Shown: one piece after another, positions 12,588-24,613 of the stretch
Layout: each line of letters opens with the position of its first letter
How positions within the stretch are numbered: position 1 is the stretch's first letter
Assembly: GCA_030390025.1 (NCBI GenBank)
Contig: CM059433.1
Span: 29,390,001-29,454,000 of the forward strand
DNA length: 64,000 nt
Direction of reading: 5' to 3'
DNA from: Squalus acanthias
Lineage: Eukaryota
Position numbers and translations under genes: made by a program
The notes under the pieces: model-generated
What the model saw: the letters and a program-made list of their open reading frames with translations, nothing else
What the model was told of the DNA's origin: nothing
The model's database searches: none

Positions 12588-13183
12588 TATAAAAGCAAAG
12601 AGTTCATGTCAGAACTTTATAAATCACTGGTTAGGCCTCAGCTGGAGTATTGTGGACAATTCCGGGCACCACACTTCAGGAAAGATGTAAAGGCCTTAGA
12701 AATGGTACAGAGGAGGTTTACCAGGATGTTACGAGGGACGAGGGACTTCAGTTATGAGGAGAGGTTGGAAAAGTTAGGACTGCTCTCCTTGGAAAAGAAA
12801 AGGTTAAGAGGTGACCTAACAGAGGTTTTCAGGATGATGAGAGGTTTTGATAGAGTAGATAGAGAAAAACTATTCCCTCTGGCGAGTAACTAGAGGTCAT
12901 AGATTTAAAATCGTGGGCAAAATATCTGGAGGGGCGATAAGGATAAATTTTTTCACTCAGAGTTGTTGGGATCTGGACGCTCTACCTGAAAAGGTGGTGG
13001 AAGCTGATTCCATAGATAATTTTAAAAGGGAGTTGGACAGGTATTGAGAATAAGGAACTTACAGGGTACGGACAAAAAGCGAGGGTGTGGGACTAAGCAA
13101 GACTGCTCTTTAAAGAGCCGGTACAGGCACGATGGGCTGAATGGCCTCCTTCTGTGCTGTAGGTTTCTCTGATTCTATGATTC
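12588..13183 (+). mobile_element. CR1 LINE 3' fragment
   Basis: LYKSLVRPQLEYC..RLRGDL, then the 3' UTR GATGGGCTGAATGGCCTCCTTCTG and a TGATTCTATGATTC tail. Confidence 0.9.
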
Positions 13184-13184
13184 T

Positions 13185-14270
13185 TAATGCATTTCTGGCA
13201 GCACTGAAAATGGGCATGGAGTGCCGATTCAAATATTTAAGTTTGGCTGGGACATCCTGCATGCAAGTTCCTGACATTCAGATATGCAGAGCACTCAATT
13301 GTATATAGTGAGCATCCAGCATTGCCAGGGAATCAGAAGGTTATTTAAAGGGCACAGTAATATATTTCTATGCTGTCAAGTTATTTCTGCTCCATTAGTG
13401 CCACCAATGGGTTTTCCAATGGGAGTTCCCCTATCTGAGCTGTGTGGAGAAGGAAGTGGGTGACCAGTGGAGGCATACCAGGCAGGTCGGTCTACACCAA
13501 TGGCACTCTGTATCAACCCTCCTCCCCCCTTTATCCTCACACCCACATATCTGGAGATGTGCATATGCCTGGCTTTGCCAGAGGATTAGTCCATGCAGAG
13601 GCTTCACTTCCAAGGTGGGCTTTGACAGCAGGCCAGGTGTCATAAACACTGTTGGTGAATGCCTGACTGACTGTACTGCTGGATGGTTTTCTGGATGTAT
13701 CCCAGTCACAGTTTGTCACACACTCAGTAATATTGCATGAAAGGAAAGCATGCCAGGGTGATTAACTACCAGCCTAATCTGACTGGGTGCACCCATCAAT
13801 ATGCCACCAACTGTATCCGCAGGGATTGGCGCGCCATCTTGGCCAAGGGACCACAAAGAACTGTCTTCGCAGGGTCCAGGTTGGCAGTGAACCAGTTATG
13901 CCATCTGCTTCAAGGACACCTGCAGGTAGCATGAATCATTGGGCTGGCACAGCTAGTGTCAGTACCTTGCAGCTGCAGTCTCAAACCTGCTGGCTGCAGT
14001 GCTGACAATGTGGCTGGTGCCATGGGGTGGCAAGCAGGAGCACCCTCCTCACTCAACCACTTCGCTCAACACCACCTCCCACTTCAGCAGCCATCAGAGA
14101 GGGAGTCGGCTAGAGGGCTTCTGCCATCAGGACTCACGGCTGCACATTCGGTTTCCTGTCCCTTCAATTTAGCCTGTTACGTCTTAGCTCTCTTCCCCGT
14201 TCAGTCTTGGCAAACATTGCCAATGGGTTGAAAAGACTTTTGGGTCTTTTGTAAGGCTGCAAGGATTTAC
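13185..14270 (+). mobile_element. Probable old Harbinger-derived remnant
   Basis: 13850-13930 gives NCLRRV and AVNQLCHLLQGHLQ in adjacent frames, resembling EVLTELCHLLQPDLQ of transposase C. Ends not defined. Confidence 0.4.
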
Positions 14271-14319
14271 CCCCACCCCCCCCAACCCCCACACACCACC
14301 TTCTCACCTGATATGACAC

Positions 14320-15243
14320 TTGTGGGTTTGAGCCTCACTTCAGAGACTCCAAGCACAAAATCTAGGCTGACACTCCAGTGCAGTACTGAGGGGGCGCTGC
14401 ATTGTCAGAGACATTGGCCCGGATATTCCGATCCCTATGGGTGGGTACGTGCTGTGTACCCACCCGTAGGGACATCGGAAATGCCGGTTTTAGGCATGCA
14501 CTGCGCATGTGCTGGAAACCGGCATTTCCGATCTGTCAAGAATGGTCTTGCCAGATCCTCCGGCTGCCCTGGAGAAGGGCCTCTGCGGGCGGATAGTTCC
14601 GCTTTTTGGAGACCCTCCGCACGCAGAAAACACTTACAATTCTTGTGCCTGGTAAAAGCAGGATAAGAGTTGAAAAAAAGTAAAAAAAAAATTCCACTGA
14701 TTTATCATTTAAAAATACTTTAAAAAAAGGTAAGTTCATTTTTAGCCCCGTAAAAAACTTTCATTATTTTTTTCAAAAATTTAAAGTTTTGTTTAAAATA
14801 GTTAATTTATTGTACTTTCAAGTCATTTTAAAAATGTGATGTATTTTTTTAAATTTATTTGAAGTTTTACTATGTTTTTGGCATTGATCTCCATTCATAT
14901 ATTTGACAGGTCTTCCTATCAAATGTATGAAGGGAGATTCCCTTCTTTGATTGGCTCCCCATGGCCCACGTGATCCCAGGGACGCTGTGACCTACCTGCA
15001 GGGATACGTGGGCCCTGCACACCGGCAGTTTGGAGAGGCCCAGCATCGGAACTGTGCGCCTCCCGGGAGCCCTCAGGTAAGGGCGCAGATTTTTCCAGAT
15101 CGCAGTGCTCCGCCCGTGGGAGGCCTGCGATCGGAATATCTGGGCCATTATGCCGAGGCCCCTGTCTGCCCTTTCAGGTGGACGTAAAAGAACCCTATTT
15201 CGAAGAAGAGCAAGGGAATTATCTCCAGTGTCCTGGCCAATAT
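14320..15243 (+). mobile_element. SacSINE1-like SINE split by a MITE (pieces ~14320-14415 and ~15147-15243)
   Basis: AATCTAGGCTGACACTCCAGTGCAGT and CAGGTGGACGTAAAAGA..TGTCCTGGCCAATAT match the reverse complement of the 3205-3652 SINE. Confidence 0.7.
14416..15146. mobile_element. Non-autonomous Harbinger-type MITE, 731 bp
   Basis: TIRs GGCCCGGATATTCCGATC / GATCGGAATATCTGGGCC (17/18 match). ATT duplicated at 14413-14415 and 15147-15149. AT-rich centre, no coding remnant. Confidence 0.88.
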
Positions 15244-15244
15244 C

Positions 15245-15599
15245 TTTTTTTGTGGCATTGTTTGAGAGATAAATGTTGGCCAGGGCACTGGGGAGAACTC
15301 CCTTGCTCTTTTTCGAAGTAGTGGGATCTTTTACATCCAGCTGAGGGAGCAGACAGGGCCTCAGTTTGTCATCTCATCCGAATGACGGCACCTCTGACAG
15401 TGCAACACTCCATCAGTACTGCACTGGAGTGTCGGCTGAGATTTTGTGCTCAGAGAAAGAAAGAAAGAACAAACTAACTTTTCTATAGCACCTTTCACAG
15501 CCCCAGGACATCCCAAAGTGCTTTACAGCCAATTAGGTACTTTTATTGAAGTGTAGCCACTGTTGTAATGTAGGAGTCCCTGAGGTGGAGACTTGAACT

Positions 15600-15645
<46 letters not shown>

Positions 15646-15650
15646 GCTGC
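15245..15650 (-). mobile_element. SacSINE1-like SINE fragments (body, tail, head), rearranged
   Basis: 15260-15450 parallels 3400-3595; ~15455-15575 is the tail; ~15575-15650 is the tRNA-like head. Confidence 0.65.
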
Positions 15651-15742
15651 CACCTGAAGTGTACTTGTAGTGACCTTTGCATTGAACTCGAGCAGCAGAG
15701 ATTGTACCCATTAGGCAGCTCATTATACTTTTATTTGCCATC

Positions 15743-16375
15743 ATGAATACTGTGGCAACAAGAGCAGGTCAGAGGCTAGGTATTCTGCAGCGAGTGTCTC
15801 ACCTCCTGACTCCCCAAAGCCTTTCCACCATCTACAAGGCACAAGTAAGGAGTGTGATGGAATACTCTCCACTTGCCTGGATGAGTGCAGCTCCAACAAC
15901 ACTCAAGAAGCTCGACACCATCCAGAACAAAGCAGCCCGCTTGATTGGCAGCCCCTCTACCACCTTAAACATCCACTCCCTCCACCACCGGCGTACCGTG
16001 GCTGCAGTGTCTACCATCTACAAGATGCACTGCAGCAACTCGCCAAGGCTTCTACGGCAGCACCTCCCAAACCCGTGACCTCTTCCACCTAGAAGGACAA
16101 GGGCAGCAGATGCAAAGGACCACCACCACCTCCAAGTTCCCATCCAAGTCACACATCATCCTGACTTAGAAGTATATCGCCGATCCTTCATTGTCGCTGG
16201 GTCAAAATCCTGGAACTCCCTACCTAACAGCACTGTGGGAGTACCTTCACCACACAGACTGCAGCAGTTCAAGAAGGCGGCTCACCACCACCTTCTCAAG
16301 GGCAATTAGGGATGGACAATAAATGCTGGCCTCGCCAGCGACGCCCAGATCCCATAAAAACGAATTTAAAAAAAA
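15743..16375 (+). mobile_element. LINE family X, 3' fragment with A-rich tail
   Basis: ORF 15743..16078, then a 3' UTR with AATAAATGCTGGCC and a terminal A-run. Confidence 0.85.
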
Positions 16376-17355
16376 TGTGGCAGTTGCCTGGTCGAATCTT
16401 GCATATTTTAATTCGTTGCTGCATCTATTCATTCACTTGCCAAGAAGAATGTTCAATTTGCAGGTGTGCCATAGTTGCAGTGACCTTCACTGCAAAGTAA
16501 TTACCAGGCCAGGCAGTGAGTTCCAAATTTGCCCTTCGTAATATATACAAAGCATCGAATAACGCTACAAGTTCTCCGGGAAAAGCCAGCATTGTTTTTT
16601 TATTTCTTTCCGCTAATGTCATCAATTACTTATGTTTATTGGCACGAGAAGACTTGTCGCATAACTGATCACCTTCATTGATTGACATCAAAGTGACTGC
16701 TCTGACATTGTTGAACAGCAGGAGCGCTGCTTAGTCACATAAGCAAACGCTGAACGCATTTAGCCTTTCAACCAAAAAAAAATCAATACATCGTATATAT
16801 TATATAAAATAACAGATGGCAATGAGCAAGTAACAAGACAGCTACACAAATCCTGAGGTATGCTGTCATGATTTACACTGTCATTGTAATGTGTGCTGGC
16901 CTTGTAATTCAATTGTAGCCATCCATTATTACATATCCTCAGCTAATGCCAAAGTGTGATAACAAAAGCGTGAGAAATGTGAAGCAGTTTTAAGAACAAA
17001 TGCACAGATTACGATCTCTGTTAATAAGTATATTGATTGAAATTTAATAAGAAGCTTCGTGGCATATATTAAATAAAATCATTAAAAAAAATTCATTCAT
17101 GCAGAATATTCGAAGGGGAAAAATATCTTTTAATATCATGTAAGTAACTGCGAAAAAGAGGAAGGATAGAAGAATAACTAGCTAAAGTACTTAAGTAAGT
17201 TCTGCAAATCTTCCATGAGAGGTTATGTAAAAAGATATATTGTGTAGCATAAATAACCGAGAATCGAGGTTTTGGGCAGAAGATTGGAACAATCTGGCAC
17301 ATCCATCTACTTCTCGTCTCAGTAGGTACCAGTCCTTGATTTTCTGACCAGACTT

Positions 17356-18189
17356 TGTAAGATAAAAGATTACTTCTGTCCGTTCCTTATCATAAGTTCA
17401 ACCCGTAAGGACCACCGATTACAGAGAGAGATAAACATACGTTACTTCGTCAATTCAAGATTAACTTCATTAACAAAGCTGGCACTGGTTATACAAGGAA
17501 TGAATGGCAGTGATACAACCTTAACTTGGAGAGTGGCCCCCAAAACCTCGGGTTGATCAGATCCTCAGTCTTAGGAGCTGGCCTGCCACGTTGTCTCCCG
17601 TTCCTTCTTCACCGGTGTTTCTAGACGACCCCTGATGTGCACACGTCTTCAGAATCCCTTGGTGCACACCTTAGCTCATGACTTCTTTATACCTCATCTC
17701 TGCTTTCATGTCGACATCAAACAAGCTCCGATTTAAGAAAGGGATAGATTAAAGTCTTCTGTAGTCATTGATTTGTCCAGTGTCCAGTTCTGTAGTCAGT
17801 GGTGTTGATTTAAAGACATGACTTCACTGCATCCTGTGGGTTTGTTGATGCAGTTCCTTCTGATAATCATCAGGGCCATTGTTGTTGCATGCGGCTTCGA
17901 CACCTAATTGCTTTGAAGTCTCAGCTCTCTGATGTTACTCATTTTGCTTTGAAGTCTCAGCGTCGACTCAGAGGCTTCTGCACATGGCAGATAAGCAGTC
18001 CATCATGCTCTCTGATGTTACCGAAGGACCAGAATTCCTTCCACGTCCAAACTTGACCTTTGTTTCATTGGTCATTGAAACTCTCGCGATTAGGAAAAGA
18101 CTTTTGCGCGCTTGCTTGATTCCTGGTTCTTCTTTGTCCAGTGGTTCCCCGTTAAAAGTCCAGGTATGTTTAATTGTCAACATTTTATA
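17356..18189 (-). mobile_element. Possible old solo LTR (~834 bp)
   Basis: Ends TGTAAGAT...ATTTTATA (6/8 inverted match), flanked by GACTT / GATTT. TATAAAG on the minus strand at ~17685-17691. Short internal direct repeat TTGCTTTGAAGTCTCAGC. Confidence 0.4.
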
Positions 18190-18204
18190 GATTTTTACCC
18201 GTCC

Positions 18205-18290
18205 TCATTGAGCTTGTCACTGAAGCCTCCCAAATAGTTGCCACTGAACCCTCCCATCCTTGTTCCACTGAACCCTCTCCTCTTGTTTAA
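18205..18290. repeat. Diverged left-terminal units of the 24-bp satellite
   Basis: CACTGAAGCCTCCCAAATAGTTG / CCACTGAACCCTCCCATCCTTGTT / CCACTGAACCCTCTCCTCTTGTT. Confidence 0.85.
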
Positions 18291-19203
18291 ACACAAGAAC
18301 ATAAGAAATAGGAGCAGGAGTAGGCCATACGGCCCCTCGAGCCTGTTCCACCATTCAATAAGATCATGGCTGATCTTCGACCTCAACTCCACTTTCCCGC
18401 TCTATCCCCTCATCCCTTGACTCCCTTTGTGCAAAAATCTATCGATCTCAGTCTTGAATATACTCAACAACTGAGCATCCATAGCCCTCTGGGGCAGAGA
18501 ATTCCAAAGATTCACAACCCTCTGAGTGAAGAAATCTCTCCTCTCCTAAATGGCCGACTCCTTATCCTGAGACTATGACCCCCAGTTCTAGACACTCCAG
18601 CCAAGGGAAACAGCCTCTCAGCCTGTCAAGCCCTCTCATTGAGATCACCTCTCATTCTTTTAAACTCCAGAGTCTAGGCACATTCTACTCAATCGTTCCT
18701 CATAGGGCAACACTCTCATCCCAGGAATCAATCTAGTGAACCTTCATTGCACCCCCTCTAAGGCAAGTATATCCTTCTTTAGGTACGGAGATCAAAACAG
18801 CATACAGTACTTCAGGTGTGGTCTCACCAAAGCCCTGTATAACTGCAGCAAGACTTACTTACTATTGTACTCCGACCCCATTGCAATAAAGGCTAACATA
18901 CCATTTGCCTTCCTCATTGCTTGCTGTACCTGCATGTTAACTTTCTGTGTTTTGTGTACAATGACACCCAAATTCCTCTGAACACCAACATTTAATAGTT
19001 TCTCACCATTTAAATAAATTTCTGTCTTTCTATTCTTTCCAGCAAAGTGAATAACCTCACATTTCCCCAAATTATACTCTATCTGCACCTTCTTGTCCAC
19101 TCCCTTAACCTGTCTATATCCGTTTGCAGCCTCTTTGCATCGTCCTCACAGTTTACTCTCCCACCTAGCTTTGTATCGTCAGCAAACTTGGATACCTCAA
19201 CTC
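18291..19203 (-). mobile_element. Older CR1 LINE, 3' part (continues at 24630-24787), inserted in the satellite
   Basis: Tail AGAACATAAGAAATAGGAGCAGG; peptide KCEVIHF..QQAMRKANGMLAFI. GCAAACTTGGATAC at ~19182-19195 resumes as GGTCCCTTCACCTAAGTCATT at 24630, as in the CR1 at 1270-1310. Confidence 0.88.
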
Positions 19204-20603
19204 CACTTTCCCGCCCTATCCCCTTATACCTTCACACCCTTAGAGTGCAAAAATCTTTCCTTTTTTTGATATATATAAATGACCTGGATATTGGAATACA
19301 GAGTAGAATTTCTAAATTTGCTGATGACACCAAACTTAGGGATGCGGCAAACAGTGATGATAATACCAATCGATTGCAACAGGACATAGAAAGGCTAGCA
19401 GAATGGGCAGACAAGTGGCAGACGGAATTTAATACAGAGAAGTGTGAGGTGATGCATTTTGGCAGAAGGAACAGGGAGAGGCAATATACACTTAATGGCA
19501 CAGTTTTAAAGAGTGTGCAGGGACAGAGGGACCTGGGAGTTAATGTGCATAGGTCCCTTAAGGTGGCAGGATATATTGAGAGAGTGGTTAACAAAGCATA
19601 TGGGATCTTGGGCTTCATAAATAGAGGTATTGAGTACAAAAGTAGAGAAGTTATGCTGAACCTTTATAAAGCGCTGGTTAGGCCACAACTGGAGTATTGC
19701 GTCCAGTTCTGGTCACCACACTTTAGGAAGGATGTGAATGCCCTTGAGAGGGTGCAGAGGAGATTTACCAGAATGGTTCCGGGGATGGGGGATCTTAGCT
19801 ACAAGGACAGGTTGGAGAAGCTGGATTTGTTTTCATTAGAACAAAGGAGGTTGAGGGGTGATTTGATAGAGGTGTACAAGATTATGACGGGTTTGGATAG
19901 GCTAGACGGGGAAAGGCTGTTCCCACTAGTTGATGGTACAAGGACTAGGGGACACAGATTTAAGGTTTTGGGCAAGAGATACAGGGCGGTTGTGAGGAAA
20001 AACTTTTTTACGCAGCGAGTGGTGATGACCTGGAATTCGCTGCCGACGGAAGTGGTGGAAGCGGAGACACTCAGGGCTGGATTTTGAATGACCCGTGGAG
20101 TCGGGTTTGGAGGCGTGTGGGGGGTTAAAGTAGCAGATTCGGGGGTCCCAACCCCATCCCGACTCCAACACGCCTCCACGCAATTTTGACAAAATGGGTC
20201 GCGGGGTTCCCGACTCCGTCCCGCCTCCAAGAGGCGGGAGAGGCCATTAACGCTCTTAACTATCCCTAAAGTGGCTCAGTAATGCCATTTTGAACCATTT
20301 TAGGCAGTTTAACCCTTTTCCCACGTGAAGCACGTCTGATGGGAAATACTCCAGTGAAACCTGGCGGGAGCACAAGTGGATTGCTGACTATCAGCTGCAG
20401 CTCAACCTTTAAATAGGAGATTTGATCAGCCATCAATTGCAGGTGGCAGGACTTTGTTGTCACAGGTCTGGGGGAACTTTTAGAAGGCATAACCTTAGCT
20501 CTGGAAGTTTGGAGCCTGACACCCATCTGCAGTGTGACCTCCTGGGAAACCCCTCTCGCCACCCTCATTGAGCGCTTCCTTAACTGAGACATATACCAGA
20601 GGC

Positions 20604-21848
20604 ATGGGAGCCATTTATTTCCTTCCCTCCTGGATATCCGATGAGGAGGAACAGCAGCCGCGGCACCAGCAGAACCATGAACAACAGCAGCACCAACAGC
20701 AGCAGCAACAGCAGGAGCGCCAAGCTGCTGCTCACCCACCTGAAGCTGCACAGGACAGAAGGGGCCAGTGCATGGAAGGCCATCGGCGCAGGAGATACCC
20801 CCCAACCAGGGTCTACAGACAGAGGGTCAGCTACCTCAACATGTCTGAGCAGCAGTGCCAAAGGCGGCACCGACTTTCGCGAGAGGTAGTGGGTGACATC
20901 TGCGCAATGCTGCAACAAGACCTGGAGCCCAGAGGACCAGGTGGACGCCCCTTACCAGTGGCCGTCAAAGTCACCACCGCACTCAACTTTTTTGCCTCAT
21001 ACTCATTCCAGGGATCAGCAGCAGACATCTGCGACATCTCCCAGGCGGCCGCACACACCTGCATCATGCAGGTAACCGATGCCCTCTTTGCCATCGCGCA
21101 CAATCACATCCATTTCACCAAGGATCGAGCAAGTGTCACGGCGCGTGCGGTTGGATTAGCTAATCTGGCAGGCTTTCCAAGGGTGCAGGGTGTCGTTGAC
21201 TGCACACATGTGGCCCTTAAGGCACCCCATCGCAATCCAGGTATTTTTGTCAACCGCAAGGGCTTCCACTCCCTCAACGTTCAGCTGATGTGTGACCACA
21301 ACAAGGAAGTTCTGCATGTTTGTGCCAAGTACCCTGGCAGTTGCCATGACTCCTTCATACTGCGCCAGTCTAGTGTGCCTCCGCTATTCAGTCCGCCAGA
21401 CCAACTTCACGGATGGCTACTTGGAGACAAGGGCTATCCCCTGAGGACGTGGCTAATGAAGCCGTTGAGGATCCCATCCAACGCAGCTGAGGAGAGCTAC
21501 AACTCCAGCCACATTTTCACCAGATCCATAATCGAGCAAACCATCGGTATGCTGAAGATGCGCTTCAGATGCCTGGATAGATCTGGTGGAGCCCTGCAAT
21601 ACTCAGCAGCCAGGGTCTCCAGAATCGTCGTGGTTTGCTGTGCACTTCACAACATGGCACAGCGTCGTGGCTTACAGATGCCGGAGGACCAAGTGGCTCT
21701 TCACATAGCCTCCTCAGATGAGGAGGAGGAGGAGGAGGAGAGAGAGAATGAACAACTTGCAGAGGCCCCTCAACCAGTGGCAGCATTACGCGAGACCATA
21801 GCTGCCTGGAATGCAAGGAATGCACTCATCTTGGCCAGATTTGCTTAG
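20604..21848 (+). CDS. Intact Harbinger (HARBI1-like) DDE transposase, 414 aa
   Basis: Uninterrupted ORF from the ATG at 20604. Catalytic motifs [16 protein letters not shown] and [15 protein letters not shown]; also KGFHSLNVQ and YPGSCHDS. Confidence 0.93.
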   Translation: MGAIYFLPSWISDEEEQQPRHQQNHEQQQHQQQQQQQERQAAAHPPEAAQDRRGQCMEGHRRRRYPPTRVYRQRVSYLNMSEQQCQRRHRLSREVVGDICAMLQQDLEPRGPGGRPLPVAVKVTTALNFFASYSFQGSAADICDISQAAAHTCIMQVTDALFAIAHNHIHFTKDRASVTARAVGLANLAGFPRVQGVVDCTHVALKAPHRNPGIFVNRKGFHSLNVQLMCDHNKEVLHVCAKYPGSCHDSFILRQSSVPPLFSPPDQLHGWLLGDKGYPLRTWLMKPLRIPSNAAEESYNSSHIFTRSIIEQTIGMLKMRFRCLDRSGGALQYSAARVSRIVVVCCALHNMAQRRGLQMPEDQVALHIASSDEEEEEEERENEQLAEAPQPVAALRETIAAWNARNALILARFA

Positions 21849-22105
21849 CCTAGACAAGAAAGCACTTTTGCATCGCAGCTTCTTACCAGAGCTACGACAA
21901 TGGCCCAGACCCAGCGGATCCCTAACAATGTGACCACCATACTGACAATTGCAAGTTATCCTAAGGCCTCATTGTGGAAGTCCCATTAGCGAAATGACAG
22001 ATGCCACAACTGCAGCTGTAGCCATCAGAGTTTTTATTTAAACTTTAGACCTGATGGCTTTTTCACAATACACATCAAAATTCACCCAAGTGACTACCCT
22101 TGTGA

Positions 22106-23284
22106 CTATTTGTGCAGTTTCTTTTTCTTACGTGTGCTCCTACATGGTGCTTCCCCTGTGGCTTCAGCAGAAGTGGAGGCCCCCTGCTCACTTTGTTGCT
22201 GCTCCTGCCTCGACTCCTTTGGCGGGCGTCCTCTGGGGTTGTGAACCTGAGGGGGCTCGGCAACAGTCTGCTGCTCCTGCGGCTGGGCAGGGGTTGAGAC
22301 GCCGATCTCAGTTGGGTGCAGACTCTGGTGGGGCTCTGACCGAGGACCTGTCAGTGGCATGGAAGTGTGAGCGCTTGGAGAGGAGCCCCCACCTCCTTGT
22401 TGTGTGCCACCAACATCCCTCTCATGGGTCAGGTCCATCTCAGCGCTTGCAAGTGGCTTGAGAGCACCTTGCTGCAGATCAGGGGGGCCATGGGGACCCG
22501 TATCTGCACTGGAAGTCCAACTCAGAAGGACTTCCATGAAGGTCTGGTTTCTCTGTTCAATAGATGACCATCGCTCCTCCAGAGATGTCATTCTATTCAG
22601 AACAATGACCATGTTTTCTGCACTCTGGCGACTTATCACTCCCATGAGGGTGGGCCTCCTCCTGTTCTGGCTCTTTCCCTTTTATGGTGAGCTCTCTTTT
22701 CCTGCAATGAGGAAGACAAGTGGAGTTTGAGTGAGATTGAAGGAGTGAGTGTAGAGAATCCATAGCATAGATGCTTAGAAGGAGACAAAGATGGATTGAG
22801 CTGGCGAGACTAAGGGCCCTCCCTGTGTGTTGTAAGTTGTTTTCAAAGCATAACAGTGATAGGGAGTGTGAGGGCTGCATAGTCAAATAGTAAGGTGAAT
22901 GTGACCATAGAGGGAGAGGGAATGGGTAAGGGTGAATGGATGTCAGTGTCAAGTGGGATATGGAGGAAGAGGTTGCTAAAGCTGAGTGCTGGTGAGGAGA
23001 GGCAATGGGGATCAGATTTAGGGTGAAGGAAAAGTCATACTCACTTTAGCAGTACGTAGAAAGTCATGAAACCTCTTCCTGCACTGGATCCAGGTTCTGC
23101 TTGTCAAAGATAAAGAGGTGACCTCCTGGGCGATCTGGACCCACACAGCCTTTGTCTGCTGGGGAGGCTTCTTCCTCCCTGAGGAGGGGAAGAGCACCTC
23201 CTTGTTGGCTCTTGCTCCATCCACCAAAGCCTGAAGGGCAACATCATGGAACCTGGGAGCAGCCCTGGGCCGTTGGTTGGCCAT
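22106..23284 (-). pseudogene. Harbinger B Myb/SANT-like partner gene with an internal deletion
   Basis: Exon 1 is 23284-23045 (80 codons, ..W..IA..V..RTWIQCRKRFHD) with a GTGAGT donor. TGCAG acceptor at 22702. Exon 2 reads EKRAHHKRERARTGGGPPSWE* and is fused out of frame to last-exon sequence 22645-22106. Confidence 0.88.
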
Positions 23285-23720
23285 TCCTGCTGCAGGTGCT
23301 TAGATTTCAGGTCCAAAAGCTTGGCAGCCTGCAGAGGAAGCAAGGCTTGCTGCAGACCTTAAATGCAGCAGCAATGATGACATCATCGGAGGCGACTTTC
23401 AGACTGGAATAACTCATTGGCCATGGGTTCCCACATGTTGGAACTCAATTGGCCAATTAAGTTAAAATCGCATCATTAATCCACATTAATCTGGAGTCGG
23501 GGGGGCAACACGAAATGTGGGTAACACAACCCCAACCCGACCCCAAGACAAAATCCAGCCCTCAATGTTTTCAAGGGGAGACTGGACAGGCACTTTTGGG
23601 AAATAAACTTGCAGTGCTATGGGATAGAGCGGGGGAATGGGACTGACTGGATTGCTCTACAGAGAGCCAGCACAGACTCGATGGGCTGAATGGCCTCCTT
23701 CTGTGCCATTATGACTCTAT

Positions 23721-24613
23721 GGGGGAAAAATTAGGTCGCGCCCCATTTGGGGCGCAAATATCGTCTGGACGCAAATATTAGCGCCTGGCGCTAATTATCG
23801 GCACTGACTGGAAACTTCACTTTTACCGCCCCGGGAGGTGAGTGGAGCGCTAAATCAGGCGCTGCACACCTGTCTTAAGGCGCAAAGGCCAAGGAGTGAG
23901 GCGCTACCTCAGAGCGCTGGCGAAGGTCATGTAATGTCAGTCAGCAATGGAACACACACACAATGGCACGGGCCAGTTCTTAAAGGGGATGGTTAATCTT
24001 GCTTTCCATCCACATCCTGTTCATTGCAGCCTTGAATCTCGGCCTGGAGAGACTTGCACATCAAATGTGCTGGAAAGAACAATGGAGAGTACCAGGCAAA
24101 GAGCTCAGAGTACAGCTCCCACAGTCTCTGCTAAATCGATAGAAGGAATGGCAAATCAAAATGAACCTGCAAAGTGCTGCTCAGTACCCAAAACTCCTTC
24201 ACACAACGTTGAATCTCTCCAGAAGTCTCTCCCTCTCGCTCTCAGAATGCGTAGTTCAAAAATGCCACCAACAATAAAAGACAGGAAGAGGCCCCCTTTA
24301 AATAGCGCCCCCCCCAGCCCCACAGCGATTGATAGCGTTCCAGTCTTCTGGTCGTTGGATGCGCCAGGCGGTAAGGCAGGGGGCGCCACTCAATTTCCGC
24401 TCCGGGGCGCCACAAGGGCGTTGCACCATGGAATGACGTCACAATCTGCGCGCGCAGGTGGTCGCAGCGGTAAAGTTTAGCGCCGCCGCACAATCTCTAG
24501 TTAAGTTCTTGAGCGGCGCAAACATCGCTGCGCCCGGGCGTTAGCGGCTTTGCGCCCCCTTAGCGCCCTCTTAAGGCGCTAACGGGAGGCGCAACCAACT
24601 GAATTTTTACCCC
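23721..24613. mobile_element. Non-autonomous Harbinger-type element, 893 bp, in the CR1 tail
   Basis: TIRs GGGGGAAAAATT / AATTTTTACCCC (11/12 match). TAT duplicated at 23718-23720 and 24614-24616. GCGC-rich subterminal regions. Confidence 0.85.

Larger units (their letters stand above)
20074..23561 (+). mobile_element. Harbinger DNA transposon copy B, 3488 bp
   Basis: Perfect 13-bp TIRs GGGCTGGATTTTG / CAAAATCCAGCCC. TCA duplicated at 20071-20073 and 23562-23564. The sister CR1 at ~4760-4790 shows the empty site. Confidence 0.97.
19257..23720 (+). mobile_element. CR1 family Y copy, interrupted by Harbinger B; tail ends ~24629 after a MITE
   Basis: RT C-terminal peptide nearly identical to the 4628-6090 copy. 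Resumes at 23565 with ATGTTTTCAAGGGGAGACTGG. (TATGACTC)n tail. Confidence 0.95.

Noticed and set aside
16425..16625. Possible host exon (..IEHSSWQ|gtgaat, minus strand)
   Set aside because: No convincing acceptor and no recognisable protein family.
19047..20087. 346-aa ORF as a gene
   Set aside because: Chance fusion of antisense old CR1, filler and young CR1 RT, ending inside the Harbinger TIR.
20604..21848. Domesticated host HARBI1 gene
   Set aside because: It lies between perfect TIRs with a target duplication inside a young LINE, next to a Myb/SANT partner, so it is a transposon copy.
23947..24480. 177-aa ORF as a gene
   Set aside because: Inside an 893-bp TIR element, GC-rich, no recognisable domain.
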